From NCBI GenBank assembly GCA_016930155.1, contig JAFGHL010000093.1, positions 38,339 through 102,338 on the forward strand: DNA of 64,000 bases, written 5' to 3'. This DNA is from Dehalococcoidia bacterium. GTDB lineage: Bacteria > Chloroflexota > Dehalococcoidia > GIF9 > UBA5629. Positions 33,335-42,591 of this stretch are shown here, one piece after another. The position numbers and the translations under genes are program-made. The notes beneath the pieces were generated by a model that worked only from the letters and a program-made list of their open reading frames with translations, did no database searches and was not told where the DNA came from. Positions within the stretch are counted from its first letter, which is position 1, and each line of letters begins with the position of its first letter.

Positions 33335-34355
33335 TATTTTAGTGGTCGGCGGCGGCGCCATCGGCGGCATCACCGCAGCGCTGCTGACCAAACAGGGATT
33401 GAACATTATAGTGCTGGACGCCGACAAAGAGCACGTCAAGCGGATGAACAGCGGCCTGGAGATAAGTGGCTTCAGAGAGACGACCGTTCCGGTCAAGGCC
33501 ATGCTGCCCGGCGACTTCGTCGGCGCACAAAACGCGGGCTGGGCCGATATCGTCCTGCTGGCGGTCAAGGGACTGCATACTGAAAATGCGCTGAAATCCG
33601 TATTACCTGTGATATCAAAGACTGCCCCGGTCGTATCGCTGCAGAACGGCATCAACGAGGAGACCATCTCCAAAGTCGTGGGCGTTGAACGCACCATCGC
33701 CTGCAGCATCACCTGGGGAAGCACCAACAAAGGGCCGGGCCAGCTAATGCAGACAACCGACGGCGGGTTCATCATCGGACAATGGCCGACCGGCAAAAGC
33801 AAGATCGTGGATGAAACAGCTACGCTGCTCTCTAAAGCATTCACCACCGAGGTTTCCGATAATATCATCGGGGACCGCTGGACCAAGCTGCTGATCACCG
33901 TCTCACTGACCGGGGTAGGCACCACGGCCGGGCTGACTTACGGAGGTGTGATAGAAAACGAGTCGGCCCGCAAGGTGGCGCTGACTGTGATCACCGAGAC
34001 CTACGACGTGGGCATCAAGGCGGGAGTCAAGTTCGCCGACCTGATGGGCGTGTCACCGTCCATCGTACTGGTGCGCAACAGGGAGGACTTTGAGAAGGCG
34101 TCCCAGTTGATGGAGATCGGGTTCGCCAACCATAAGGCCACCAAGCCATCCATGTGGCAGGATATCGAAAAAGGGCGCAAGACCGAAGTGGATTTCGTCA
34201 ACGGCTACGTGGTCAGGAAGGGCAAAGAGGTCGGTTTGAAAACGCCGGCCAACGAGCTGGTGACCAGAGTAATAAAGGAGATAGAGGACGGCAAAAGAAA
34301 ACCCTCCCTGGAGAATATCAAAGAATTCAACGGCATCACGGCTTATATTAAATAA
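33321..34355 (+). CDS. Ketopantoate reductase (PanE/ApbA) family oxidoreductase
   Basis: ILVVGGGAIGG, LLAVKGLHT, QNGI and the PSMWQDIEKGRKTEVDFVNG signature. AGGAGG RBS. Confidence 0.8.
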   Translation: MGFNNILVVGGGAIGGITAALLTKQGLNIIVLDADKEHVKRMNSGLEISGFRETTVPVKAMLPGDFVGAQNAGWADIVLLAVKGLHTENALKSVLPVISKTAPVVSLQNGINEETISKVVGVERTIACSITWGSTNKGPGQLMQTTDGGFIIGQWPTGKSKIVDETATLLSKAFTTEVSDNIIGDRWTKLLITVSLTGVGTTAGLTYGGVIENESARKVALTVITETYDVGIKAGVKFADLMGVSPSIVLVRNREDFEKASQLMEIGFANHKATKPSMWQDIEKGRKTEVDFVNGYVVRKGKEVGLKTPANELVTRVIKEIEDGKRKPSLENIKEFNGITAYIK

Positions 34356-34379
34356 ATGCATTAAGGAGGTATTTCATTC

Positions 34380-35303
34380 ATGGCAAAAAAGTTGATCATC
34401 CAGGTGGCGCCTTTCGGATCAAACACTCTACACGAAAATACACCAAACCTTCCCAACCTCGGCAAAAGGACGCCTTACCTGCCGATTACGCCTGAAGAGG
34501 TCGCAGAGGAGGCTCTTCGCTCATATAATGCGGGTGCAACCCTGTGTCATATCCATGCCAGGGACCCCGTACACATGCTGGCCACTCCTGATATCAAGGT
34601 CTGGGGTGACGTGGTGGCGCGCATACGGGAGAAGTGCCCGATATTAATCGAGGCCGGCGGCGGCATCGGCGCCTGGGTAGATACGACCACATGGCAGATC
34701 ATCCCGGCGTCCGAAGAACAGAAACTGGCACTGCTGGACATCAAGCCCGAGCCTGACATGCTTACGCTCAATATGGGCACGTTTGATATGTCGGTCGGCA
34801 AGTACGGTTTTTCCACTTTCAGCAATACCCCACCCTTCCAGAGGAAGATCATCAAGGGCATCCTGGAAAGGGGCTGGGGCATGGAACTGGAGATCTGGGA
34901 CGTAAGCCACCTGTACAATACCATGGCCCTGTGCGAGGAGGGGATATTCGACAAAGATATGGTCTTCCACATCGATTACCCTCTGGGTGTAGCCGGCGGC
35001 CAGCCCGCTACAGCCAAACAGCTTATGTATATCTCGGAAGAGGGCAAGAGGATGTTCCCCAATTCCAAGTGGCAGGCCCTGGGCATCGGCAAGGATGAAT
35101 TCCCCATGATCACGATGGCCATGCTGCTGGGCGCCGACAGCGTCCGGGTGGGCCTCGAAGATAACATCTATATTTCGCATGGCGAACTGGCTAAATCCAA
35201 CGCTGAACTGGTGGAAAAAGCGGTCAGAATCGCCCGCGAGCTGGATTTCGAGATCGCTACCGTGGAAGAAGCCAGGGAATTGCTTCACCTCAAGAAAAAA
35301 TAA
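34380..35303 (+). CDS. BKACE-family beta-keto acid cleavage enzyme (3-keto-5-aminohexanoate cleavage enzyme-like, DUF849)
   Basis: Zn-ligand motif CHIHARD, and VRVGLEDNIY. Length 307 aa. AGGAGG RBS. Confidence 0.85.
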   Translation: MAKKLIIQVAPFGSNTLHENTPNLPNLGKRTPYLPITPEEVAEEALRSYNAGATLCHIHARDPVHMLATPDIKVWGDVVARIREKCPILIEAGGGIGAWVDTTTWQIIPASEEQKLALLDIKPEPDMLTLNMGTFDMSVGKYGFSTFSNTPPFQRKIIKGILERGWGMELEIWDVSHLYNTMALCEEGIFDKDMVFHIDYPLGVAGGQPATAKQLMYISEEGKRMFPNSKWQALGIGKDEFPMITMAMLLGADSVRVGLEDNIYISHGELAKSNAELVEKAVRIARELDFEIATVEEARELLHLKKK

Positions 35304-35323
35304 ATAGAGATCGGAGGAGCAGG

Positions 35324-36619
35324 ATGGATAGTAAGCCAGCTATAAAGCGGTACCAGTTATCGTCATCTTCCCGGATGTACATATTCGTCCTGCTCTTCCT
35401 GCTTTATTTCTTCGACTACGTAGACCGCACCGTGGTCACCTCCCTCTTCCCCTTTATACAGAGAGACTGGGGCATCTCTGACGCTGAGTGCGGCATGCTG
35501 GTTTCAGCCGTCTACTGGTCCATCCTAATCTTCACCTTCCCCGTTTCCGTACTGGTAGACCGCTGGAGCCGCAAGAAGACTATTGGGTTAATGGCCGTGT
35601 TCTGGAGTCTGGCCACGGCGGCCTGCGCCTTCATGCCCAACTTCAAAGCACTCTTCGGCGCAAGGACCGCCATCGGCGTCGGCGAGGCGGGCTACGCCCC
35701 GGGCGGGTCCGCCATGATATCAGGGCTTTATCCCGAGGAGAAGCGTGCCCGCATGTTCGGCATCTGGAACGCCTCCATACCGCTGGGCAGCGCCGTAGGC
35801 ATCGCCCTGGGCGGCATCATCGCCAAGTCACTGGGATGGCAACACGCCTTCGGCCTGGTGGCCATACCCGGCCTGATCGTGGCCATCATGTTTTTCTTCG
35901 TAAAAGACTACAAAACCGTGGAACTGGTCAAAACGGTGGACGAAAGCAAGGGCGCAGGCAAGAAGAAAATGAGCTTCGGCGATATCAGCAGGGAGTTCCT
36001 TCAAACTCCGAGCCTGTGGTTCACATACCTTGGATTCGCCGCCGTCGTATTTGTAACCACCTCGATCATCACCTGGCTGCCGACCTACTTTTATCGTGCG
36101 GGTGGTATCGCTGAGGATCAGGCCGGCCTGCGTGCCAGCGCGATCATGGCGCTGGCAATCATCGGCGCGCCGCTGGGCGGCTTCCTGGCCGATCTATGGT
36201 ATAAGAAAGACCTGAGGGCCCGGCTGCTGTTCTGTGCCATATCCATCCTGATCACGGCAGTATTCGTTTATCTGGCGTTTTCATTTTTCGAAGGGATGTA
36301 CCAGTACCTCATGCTGCTGCTGGTAGGTATCGCCATCACCAGCTTCATCCCTGCCGCGCTGGCCGTCTGCCAGGACGTGGTGCACGCCGGGCTGCGCGCT
36401 ACTTCCGTGGCCCTGGCGGTTGTCATCCAGCACCTGCTGGGCTCATCGCTTGGCCCCATAGTAACAGGGGCTTTTTCCGACGCCTACGGCATACACACGG
36501 CCATGACATTTTTGCCCATTTACCTGATCGTCGCCGCAGCTCTCTTCTTCGCCGGCTCTTTCTTCTACAAGAAAGACTACGCCAAGGTGGAGAAAATAGA
36601 ACTCCAGATGGAATCCTGA
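35324..36619 (+). CDS. MFS transporter
   Basis: 431 aa with 12 predicted TM segments. MFS loop 2-3 motif LVDRWSRKKT. Confidence 0.8.
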   Translation: MDSKPAIKRYQLSSSSRMYIFVLLFLLYFFDYVDRTVVTSLFPFIQRDWGISDAECGMLVSAVYWSILIFTFPVSVLVDRWSRKKTIGLMAVFWSLATAACAFMPNFKALFGARTAIGVGEAGYAPGGSAMISGLYPEEKRARMFGIWNASIPLGSAVGIALGGIIAKSLGWQHAFGLVAIPGLIVAIMFFFVKDYKTVELVKTVDESKGAGKKKMSFGDISREFLQTPSLWFTYLGFAAVVFVTTSIITWLPTYFYRAGGIAEDQAGLRASAIMALAIIGAPLGGFLADLWYKKDLRARLLFCAISILITAVFVYLAFSFFEGMYQYLMLLLVGIAITSFIPAALAVCQDVVHAGLRATSVALAVVIQHLLGSSLGPIVTGAFSDAYGIHTAMTFLPIYLIVAAALFFAGSFFYKKDYAKVEKIELQMES

Positions 36620-36673
36620 TTTCATCTCCGGGTTGACTGCACCGGCGCCATCGCTAATCTCCACACTCTTCAG

Positions 36674-36705
36674 ATTATATAGAATATTGCATATTTCTAT
36701 ATAAT
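36674..36705. promoter_or_regulatory. AT-rich inverted repeat ATTATATAGAA-10 nt-TTCTATATAAT upstream of the regulator/heme operon
   Basis: Perfect 11-nt arms read directly, about 60 nt upstream of the ATG at 36763. Confidence 0.55.
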
Positions 36706-36762
36706 TCTATACCATATATTTTCAGGCGTTTGCATTCCACGCAGATATCAAGAGCGGTTACA

Positions 36763-37401
36763 ATGAAGAATAAAGACCTGATCAGCATCAGCGAAGCCAG
36801 CCAGATACTCGGTGTCAATGAAGCTACGTTGCGTCAGTGGACGGATGAGGGCAAGCTCAATGCGTTCGTGACGCCGGGCGGACACAGGCGCTACTCGAAA
36901 TCCGACCTGCGAAACCTCACACGCTCCGGCCAAAAAGTACTGGGCATCAAAGACCTGGTGAACGAGCTGGAAGATACAACGCCCCGTCACAGGGAGATTG
37001 CGCGCGGATTCTTCGAAAGGTCGCCACAAATAATAAAACCCTGCCGGGAACACCAGCAGCAGCTGGCCGAACTGGGCCGCCATTTGCTCAACCTGACAGC
37101 CAGATACGTTAGCGAGCCGGCCAGAAGGGCGGAATGCCTATCCGCAGCCCGCGATACGGGCAGAAGTTTCGGACGCCTGCTGGCTGAAATGGGTATGCCG
37201 CTGACCGAGACGACGGAGGCTTTTCTCATGCATCGTGAGTTGATCATGCAGGCAGCAGCCGGCCTTGCCGGAAAGCGCCAGGCCCGCGGAGGGCGCATCG
37301 CAGAGGCCATACCGCTTGCCAACCGTTTGATCGACGTAACTCTTGTAGCCATGATAGACGAACACCAGAAGAATGCAGGTAAAGGAGCAGGCCGCTTATG
37401 A
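36763..37401 (+). CDS. MerR/excisionase-type HTH regulator with an all-helical C-terminal sensor-like domain
   Basis: ISISEASQILGVNEATLRQWTDEGKLNAFVTPGGHRRYSKSDL (HTH_17/MerR-like). The stop overlaps the next gene as ATGA. TTG at 36730 is an alternative start. Confidence 0.7.
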   Translation: MKNKDLISISEASQILGVNEATLRQWTDEGKLNAFVTPGGHRRYSKSDLRNLTRSGQKVLGIKDLVNELEDTTPRHREIARGFFERSPQIIKPCREHQQQLAELGRHLLNLTARYVSEPARRAECLSAARDTGRSFGRLLAEMGMPLTETTEAFLMHRELIMQAAAGLAGKRQARGGRIAEAIPLANRLIDVTLVAMIDEHQKNAGKGAGRL

Positions 37402-38570
37402 TATCAATATCCCGCCTGCTCTGCGGCGCCGTAAGCCCCGGCGACAGCCTGCGCTACCCGGACTCCGCACAGGCCCATAAGGGCGCTGCAGAGCCCGGAC
37501 CGGTGGTCGTCTGGAACTGCACCCGCCAGTGTAACCTGCACTGCATCCACTGCTACGCCGGCGCCGGCAGTCGGGCGGAAGCACCCTCCATGAACACGAA
37601 GCAGGGCATGCAGTTTATCGATGACCTGGTTGAATTCAAGGTGCCGGTTATCCTCTTCTCGGGCGGGGAACCCCTGTTGAGAGACGACCTTTTCGATCTG
37701 GCCGGATATGCAGTAAGCCGTGGCCTGCGCATTGCTCTTTCCACCAACGGCACACTCATCAACGGGCCAGCCGCAGATAGGATCGAGAGAATAGGTTTCG
37801 CAGAGGTGGGCATCAGCATTGACGGCACAAGTTCAACCAACGACCGATTCCGTGGCAGGGACGGCGCCTACCGGCAGGCCCTCGAAGGCATACGCGCATG
37901 CGTGGCCAGGGGCATCAGGGTATCCCTCAGGCTGACTATAACCAGGTATAACCACATCGAAATACCCGACATCTTCTCGCTAATAGAACAGGAGAACATA
38001 AACCGTGTCTGTTTCTATCACCTGGCATATTCCGGGCGGGGCAACAGCCTCAGGGAACAGGACCTCCCTCACTCTCAAAAGCGCCGGGTTGTGGACATGA
38101 TCTGTGAACGTACACTCGATATGCACAGGAGGGGACACCCCATTGAGGTATTAACGGTGGGCAACCACGCGGACGGAGTATACCTGTACCTGAGGGCGCG
38201 TGAGCAAGGGCATAAGGATGCCGCACGAATACGGGATTTGCTTAAAATGAACGGGGGCAATAACTCGGGGATAAGAATAGGGGCCGTTGATGATAAGGGA
38301 GACGTGCACCCGGACCAGTTCTGGCAGAGCTATTCACCCGGCAACATTTTGCAACGTAAGTTCGGCGACATCTGGATGGACCTGTCACAGCCCGTAATGA
38401 AGGGCCTGAAAAACCGCAAGCATCTGCTCAAAGGGCGCTGTGCCCGCTGTGCATATCTCGACCTGTGCAACGGCAACCTGCGCGTGCGCGCCGAGGCCGT
38501 GCATGGAGATATATGGGCCGAAGATCCGGCCTGTTACCTGAGCGACAGAGAGATCGGTTTAATAAAATGA
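37398..38570 (+). CDS. Radical SAM/SPASM enzyme of the alternative heme pathway (AhbC/AhbD, NirJ family; tentatively NirJ2/AhbD-like)
   Basis: CNLHCIHCY radical SAM motif, ILFSGGEPLL, and a C-terminal Cys cluster CARCAYLDLCNG. Gene context with ahbAB. Confidence 0.75.
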   Translation: MISISRLLCGAVSPGDSLRYPDSAQAHKGAAEPGPVVVWNCTRQCNLHCIHCYAGAGSRAEAPSMNTKQGMQFIDDLVEFKVPVILFSGGEPLLRDDLFDLAGYAVSRGLRIALSTNGTLINGPAADRIERIGFAEVGISIDGTSSTNDRFRGRDGAYRQALEGIRACVARGIRVSLRLTITRYNHIEIPDIFSLIEQENINRVCFYHLAYSGRGNSLREQDLPHSQKRRVVDMICERTLDMHRRGHPIEVLTVGNHADGVYLYLRAREQGHKDAARIRDLLKMNGGNNSGIRIGAVDDKGDVHPDQFWQSYSPGNILQRKFGDIWMDLSQPVMKGLKNRKHLLKGRCARCAYLDLCNGNLRVRAEAVHGDIWAEDPACYLSDREIGLIK

Positions 38571-39691
38571 GTCACGACCATTTAAATTCGACTTTAATCC
38601 AACCGCGGCTGCAGCTCGTGGCATGGGAGATCACGCGCTCATGCAACCTGCATTGCGCGCACTGCCGCGCATCGTCCTCCGCAGACGAGTACGCGGGTGA
38701 ACTAACCACTCAGGAGGCGTTCCGCCTGATCGACCAGATAAACGAGGCAGGCAACCCCATCATCATTCTCACAGGAGGGGAGCCACTGGCGCGCGCCGAC
38801 GTGTATTCCCTGGCCGAATATGCAAAACGTAAGGGTCTGCGTGTGGTCATGGGCACCAACGGGACACTGGTCACACCGCAGGTCGCAGCCCGGCTGAAAG
38901 CCTCTGGCCTCTCTCGCATCTCGGTCAGCCTGGATTTTCCCACAGCGGAGATGCAGGATAAATTTCGCGGGCAGCGGGGTGCGTTTGAGGCAGCCGTGGC
39001 GGGTATCCGCAACATCCGCGAGGCCGGCATGGAGCTCCAGATCAACTGCACGCTGACCAGACTGAATATCGCCTATCTGAACGATCTGCTTTGCCTGGCG
39101 CTGCATGAGGGGGCGGTAGCCTTCCACCCCTTTTTCCTGGTGCCCACGGGCAGGGGCAAGGGGCTGAGCGATGTCGAACTCAGCGCCGGGGAATACGAGA
39201 GCGCCTTAAACTGGATATACGATAAACAACTTGAACTGGGGGATAAAATATTCTTCAAACCGACTGACGCGCCGCATTACCTGCGCATATTGAGACAACG
39301 CGGCGGAAACGAAGCTTTGCTATCAGGCCCTTCACCTGCAGCGCGCCGTCGCCACGGGGGTGAAGATTCTATCAGCCGCGGATGTATGGCCGGTACCGGA
39401 TTCTGCTTTATATCTCACACAGGCCGGGTGCAGGGGTGCGGCTACCTGGATCTCGAGGCAGGCAATATCAGAAATCAGCCGTTCGGCGATATCTGGCGCG
39501 ATTCTCCGCTGTTCAAGCAGCTACGCGACCTCAGCGCCATCAAAGGGAAGTGCGGGGCCTGTGAATACAAACAGATCTGCGGCGGCTGCCGGGCCCGCGC
39601 TCTGGAGACCACGGGCGATCACCTGGAGTCCGAGCCGTATTGTATTTATCAGCCGCGCGGCGCAACAGGAGAACGCGTAAATGCCGGATAG
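38567..39691 (+). CDS. Radical SAM/SPASM enzyme of the alternative heme pathway (AhbC/AhbD, NirJ family; tentatively NirJ1/AhbC-like)
   Basis: CNLHCAHCR, IILTGGEPLA, and the C-terminal CGACEYKQICGGCRARA. The internal ATG at 38567 overlaps the previous stop as ATGA. Confidence 0.75.
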   Translation: MSHDHLNSTLIQPRLQLVAWEITRSCNLHCAHCRASSSADEYAGELTTQEAFRLIDQINEAGNPIIILTGGEPLARADVYSLAEYAKRKGLRVVMGTNGTLVTPQVAARLKASGLSRISVSLDFPTAEMQDKFRGQRGAFEAAVAGIRNIREAGMELQINCTLTRLNIAYLNDLLCLALHEGAVAFHPFFLVPTGRGKGLSDVELSAGEYESALNWIYDKQLELGDKIFFKPTDAPHYLRILRQRGGNEALLSGPSPAARRRHGGEDSISRGCMAGTGFCFISHTGRVQGCGYLDLEAGNIRNQPFGDIWRDSPLFKQLRDLSAIKGKCGACEYKQICGGCRARALETTGDHLESEPYCIYQPRGATGERVNAG

Positions 39692-40667
39692 CGCGCATGT
39701 AACTCCCGAAAACAGGCTGCTTGGCATGCTCCAATCGGGCTTCCCCCTGTGCAGGGAACCATACGATGAAATGGGTGCCGGGCTGGGAATAAGCGGCGAT
39801 GCCGTGATCATAAGAATAGTCAATTTAAAGAAGCAGGGTATCGTACGCCAGATCAGCCCGGTGCTGGATGCCAGAAAACTGGGTTTCCAGAGTACGCTGA
39901 TTGCCATGAAGGTGGATTCATCCCACACAAAAAGCGCTGAAGATTACCTGATGGCACATTCCGGCATAAGCCACGGTTATGAGAGGGAGCACGAATTCAA
40001 TATCTGGGTGACACTGTCTGTGCCCCCGCGAGCAGATTTGCAGGCGGAGGTTACGAACATCTCTGCCGGTTCCCATGCGCGGGAAACAATCGCCCTGCCG
40101 GCCGTTAAGGTATTCAAGCTGAGGACCAATTTCAGCCATAATGAAGATACTTCAGAGGAAGAGGATGTTCTGAGCGGGAACGGACTGCCCGTCAGGGCCC
40201 GATTATCAAAGGCCGACAAACAGATCATCAACGGTCTTCAGCATGACCTGCCGCTGAGCGCCGACCCTTTTACTCCGCTGGCGCGCAGCCTGGGGATGGA
40301 CGTAGATGAAATGCTGGCGCACAGCCGCGCGCTGCTGCGCCGCGGCATAATAAGGCGCTATGGCGCTTCCATCAACCACCGCAATGCCGGATACCGGGCC
40401 AACGCCATGACGTGCTGGTATGCCCCGGCCGGCAGGGTGGATGAGTTGGGACGACTGCTGGCTTCGGACAGGCATGTCAGCCATTGCTATGAGAGGCTGA
40501 CTATTAAGCCCTGGCATTATAACCTGTTCGCCATGGTGCACAGCCGTGATAAGGCGGCCTGCCTTCAAATAATCGAAAGGATGGCGGCAGTAACTGGACT
40601 CACAAAATACGTTGTGCTGTTCAGCATAAAAGAGTTTAAAAAGACGAGAATACTGTACAGAGTTTAA
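39681..40667 (+). CDS. ahbAB: Siroheme decarboxylase, fused AhbA/AhbB (NirD/L/G/H-like, two Lrp/AsnC-type halves)
   Basis: 328 aa with two repeats of the LQ.(G/D).PL...P(Y/F) ... GI(V/I)R(Q/R) pattern (LQSGFPLCREPY...GIVRQISPV and LQHDLPLSADPF...GIIRRYGAS). Confidence 0.75.
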   Translation: MPDSAHVTPENRLLGMLQSGFPLCREPYDEMGAGLGISGDAVIIRIVNLKKQGIVRQISPVLDARKLGFQSTLIAMKVDSSHTKSAEDYLMAHSGISHGYEREHEFNIWVTLSVPPRADLQAEVTNISAGSHARETIALPAVKVFKLRTNFSHNEDTSEEEDVLSGNGLPVRARLSKADKQIINGLQHDLPLSADPFTPLARSLGMDVDEMLAHSRALLRRGIIRRYGASINHRNAGYRANAMTCWYAPAGRVDELGRLLASDRHVSHCYERLTIKPWHYNLFAMVHSRDKAACLQIIERMAAVTGLTKYVVLFSIKEFKKTRILYRV

Positions 40668-40671
40668 CCAA

Positions 40672-41313
40672 ATGATGGCGGCGTATTATCCGGTTTACCT
40701 CAACCTTCAGGGCAGGAGATGCCTTATCGCCGGAGGGGGCCAGGTAGCTTTGCGCAAGGCTGCCGCGATGCTGGAACACGGCGCCGAGGTAACAATCGTC
40801 AGCCCCCGGCTTTGCACAGGTCTGCGCAAGCTTGCGCATGAGGGCAAGATACAAGCTGTCAACAGGCCCTATCGCGCCGGAGATCTGAAGGGCGTATCTA
40901 TCGCCATCGTAGCCACCAGCAATCGCAGAATAAACCGCAGCGCAGCGGAAGATGCTAAAAAACACAGGGTGCCGGTCAACGTGGTGGATGACCCTGTGTT
41001 GTCGGATTTCATAGTCCCGTCCATCTTGCGCAGGGGTGATCTTTCCATCGCTGTCTCAACCTCCGCTAGAAGCCCGGCGCTGGCGCGCAAAATCCGCAGC
41101 AGGCTGGAAAACTCATTCGACAAAGAATATGCCCCACTGGTTGCTATAATCGATGAGGTCCGCCGCCATGTTAAGAGACAGGGATTGAAGGTAAGCAGCA
41201 GCGATTGGCAACAGGCTATTGATATTGACTCTATGATCGGGCTCATCAGGCAAGGGCGAGGGCAAGAGGCGGGGGAAGACCTGATACAGAAACTAAGGAA
41301 ATGCGCAAAATGA
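40672..41313 (+). CDS. sirC: Precorrin-2 dehydrogenase / sirohydrochlorin ferrochelatase (SirC/Met8/CysG-N-like)
   Basis: YPVYLNLQGRRCLIAGGGQVALRK, VNVVDDP..SDFIVPSI.RGDL.IAVST.G.SPALAR. Confidence 0.8.
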   Translation: MMAAYYPVYLNLQGRRCLIAGGGQVALRKAAAMLEHGAEVTIVSPRLCTGLRKLAHEGKIQAVNRPYRAGDLKGVSIAIVATSNRRINRSAAEDAKKHRVPVNVVDDPVLSDFIVPSILRRGDLSIAVSTSARSPALARKIRSRLENSFDKEYAPLVAIIDEVRRHVKRQGLKVSSSDWQQAIDIDSMIGLIRQGRGQEAGEDLIQKLRKCAK

Positions 41314-41334
41314 TCTCACAGGCGGAAGTTACCC

Positions 41335-42591
41335 ATGCATGTTAGTCTGGTCGGCATAAACCACCGCACGGCGCCTATTGAAATGCGTGAAAAAGCCGCT
41401 ATCGGCCCGGACAGCCTGCACGCATATCTTCATCTTCTGCGACGGCATCTACAACACGGTGTCATTCTCTCAACCTGCAACCGCACAGAGGTATATTCCA
41501 CGGGTAGCCGGGCCGGAGATGTTGATCAGGCCTGCGTCGATTTCCTGGGCAATAGCATGGGTCTGACGGAGAGCGCCACCACCTGTTTCTACGTGATGAG
41601 CGACCGGGTCGCCCTCGAACATCTTTTCGATGTGTCCTGCGGCCTGGATTCAATGATAATCGGTGAATATGAAGTACTGGGCCAGGTGAGTCAGGCGCTG
41701 GAGGCGGCGGAGAAGTCGGGTACGGTCAACCTGCCATTGAGACGTATTTTTGAGAGCGCGATAAGGACCGGCAGGCGGGCCCGCAACGAGACGGGTATCA
41801 GCAGAAATCCTCTGTCCATCAGCTCTATAGCGGTCAACAAAGCCCTGGATATCGTGGATGATATCGGCAGATGTAAGATTGTTATCATAGGGGCGGGCGA
41901 GGCAGGCAGGCTTGCGTTGAGGGTGGCCAGCGGCAGGGGCGCCGCCGATATGGCGGTGGTCAGCAGAACGCTGGAGCGCGCCGTACGGATAACAGGCACT
42001 TGTGGAGGACGTCCCGTCGGCCCTGATAAGCTGGCGGTGGAGTTGCGCGACGCCGACATCGTTATCGCCTGCGCGGCATCGCCCCACCCGGTGCTCCACC
42101 ACAGGCAGGTAAGCGATGTTATGAACACGAGGCCGCAACGACCCCTGATCATCATTGATATCGCCCTGCCCCGCAATGTCGAGCCGGACGTCGGCAGCAT
42201 ATACAACGTGCATCTATACAATATAGACGACCTTAATAAGCTCGCCGATAACCATCGCCAGGAAAGGGAAGCGGAGGCGGCGGCCGTCAAAGAGATCATA
42301 GCGGAAGAGGCCGAAATACTTATGAACTGGTTGCTGGCGTACAGCGCCCGCCCGGCTATCAAGTCCCTCATGGTCAGGGCCGAGAAAATCCGCGCGGCGC
42401 AATACCACAATTCCATAAAGAAAATGGCGTCATTATCGGAGGAAGAGAAACAACATATCGACCTGCTCACCAGGTCGATCGTGGACAAGATATTGAGGTA
42501 CCCGATACTGTACCTCAAGGAAGGCGGGGACGCAGACCGGATGAAATCAATCAACCGCATTTTTGGATTGGACGATGGTAAGGAACTGTGA
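41335..42591 (+). CDS. hemA: Glutamyl-tRNA reductase
   Basis: VGINHRTAPIEMREK, STCNRTEVY, GEYEVLGQV and IIGAGEAG. Confidence 0.9.
   Translation: MHVSLVGINHRTAPIEMREKAAIGPDSLHAYLHLLRRHLQHGVILSTCNRTEVYSTGSRAGDVDQACVDFLGNSMGLTESATTCFYVMSDRVALEHLFDVSCGLDSMIIGEYEVLGQVSQALEAAEKSGTVNLPLRRIFESAIRTGRRARNETGISRNPLSISSIAVNKALDIVDDIGRCKIVIIGAGEAGRLALRVASGRGAADMAVVSRTLERAVRITGTCGGRPVGPDKLAVELRDADIVIACAASPHPVLHHRQVSDVMNTRPQRPLIIIDIALPRNVEPDVGSIYNVHLYNIDDLNKLADNHRQEREAEAAAVKEIIAEEAEILMNWLLAYSARPAIKSLMVRAEKIRAAQYHNSIKKMASLSEEEKQHIDLLTRSIVDKILRYPILYLKEGGDADRMKSINRIFGLDDGKEL

Noticed and set aside
35488-36114. A 208-aa plus-strand ORF in an alternative frame.
   Set aside because: It lies inside the MFS transporter gene. 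The Arg/Gly/His-rich translation is characteristic of an off-frame reading of a GC-rich membrane-protein gene.
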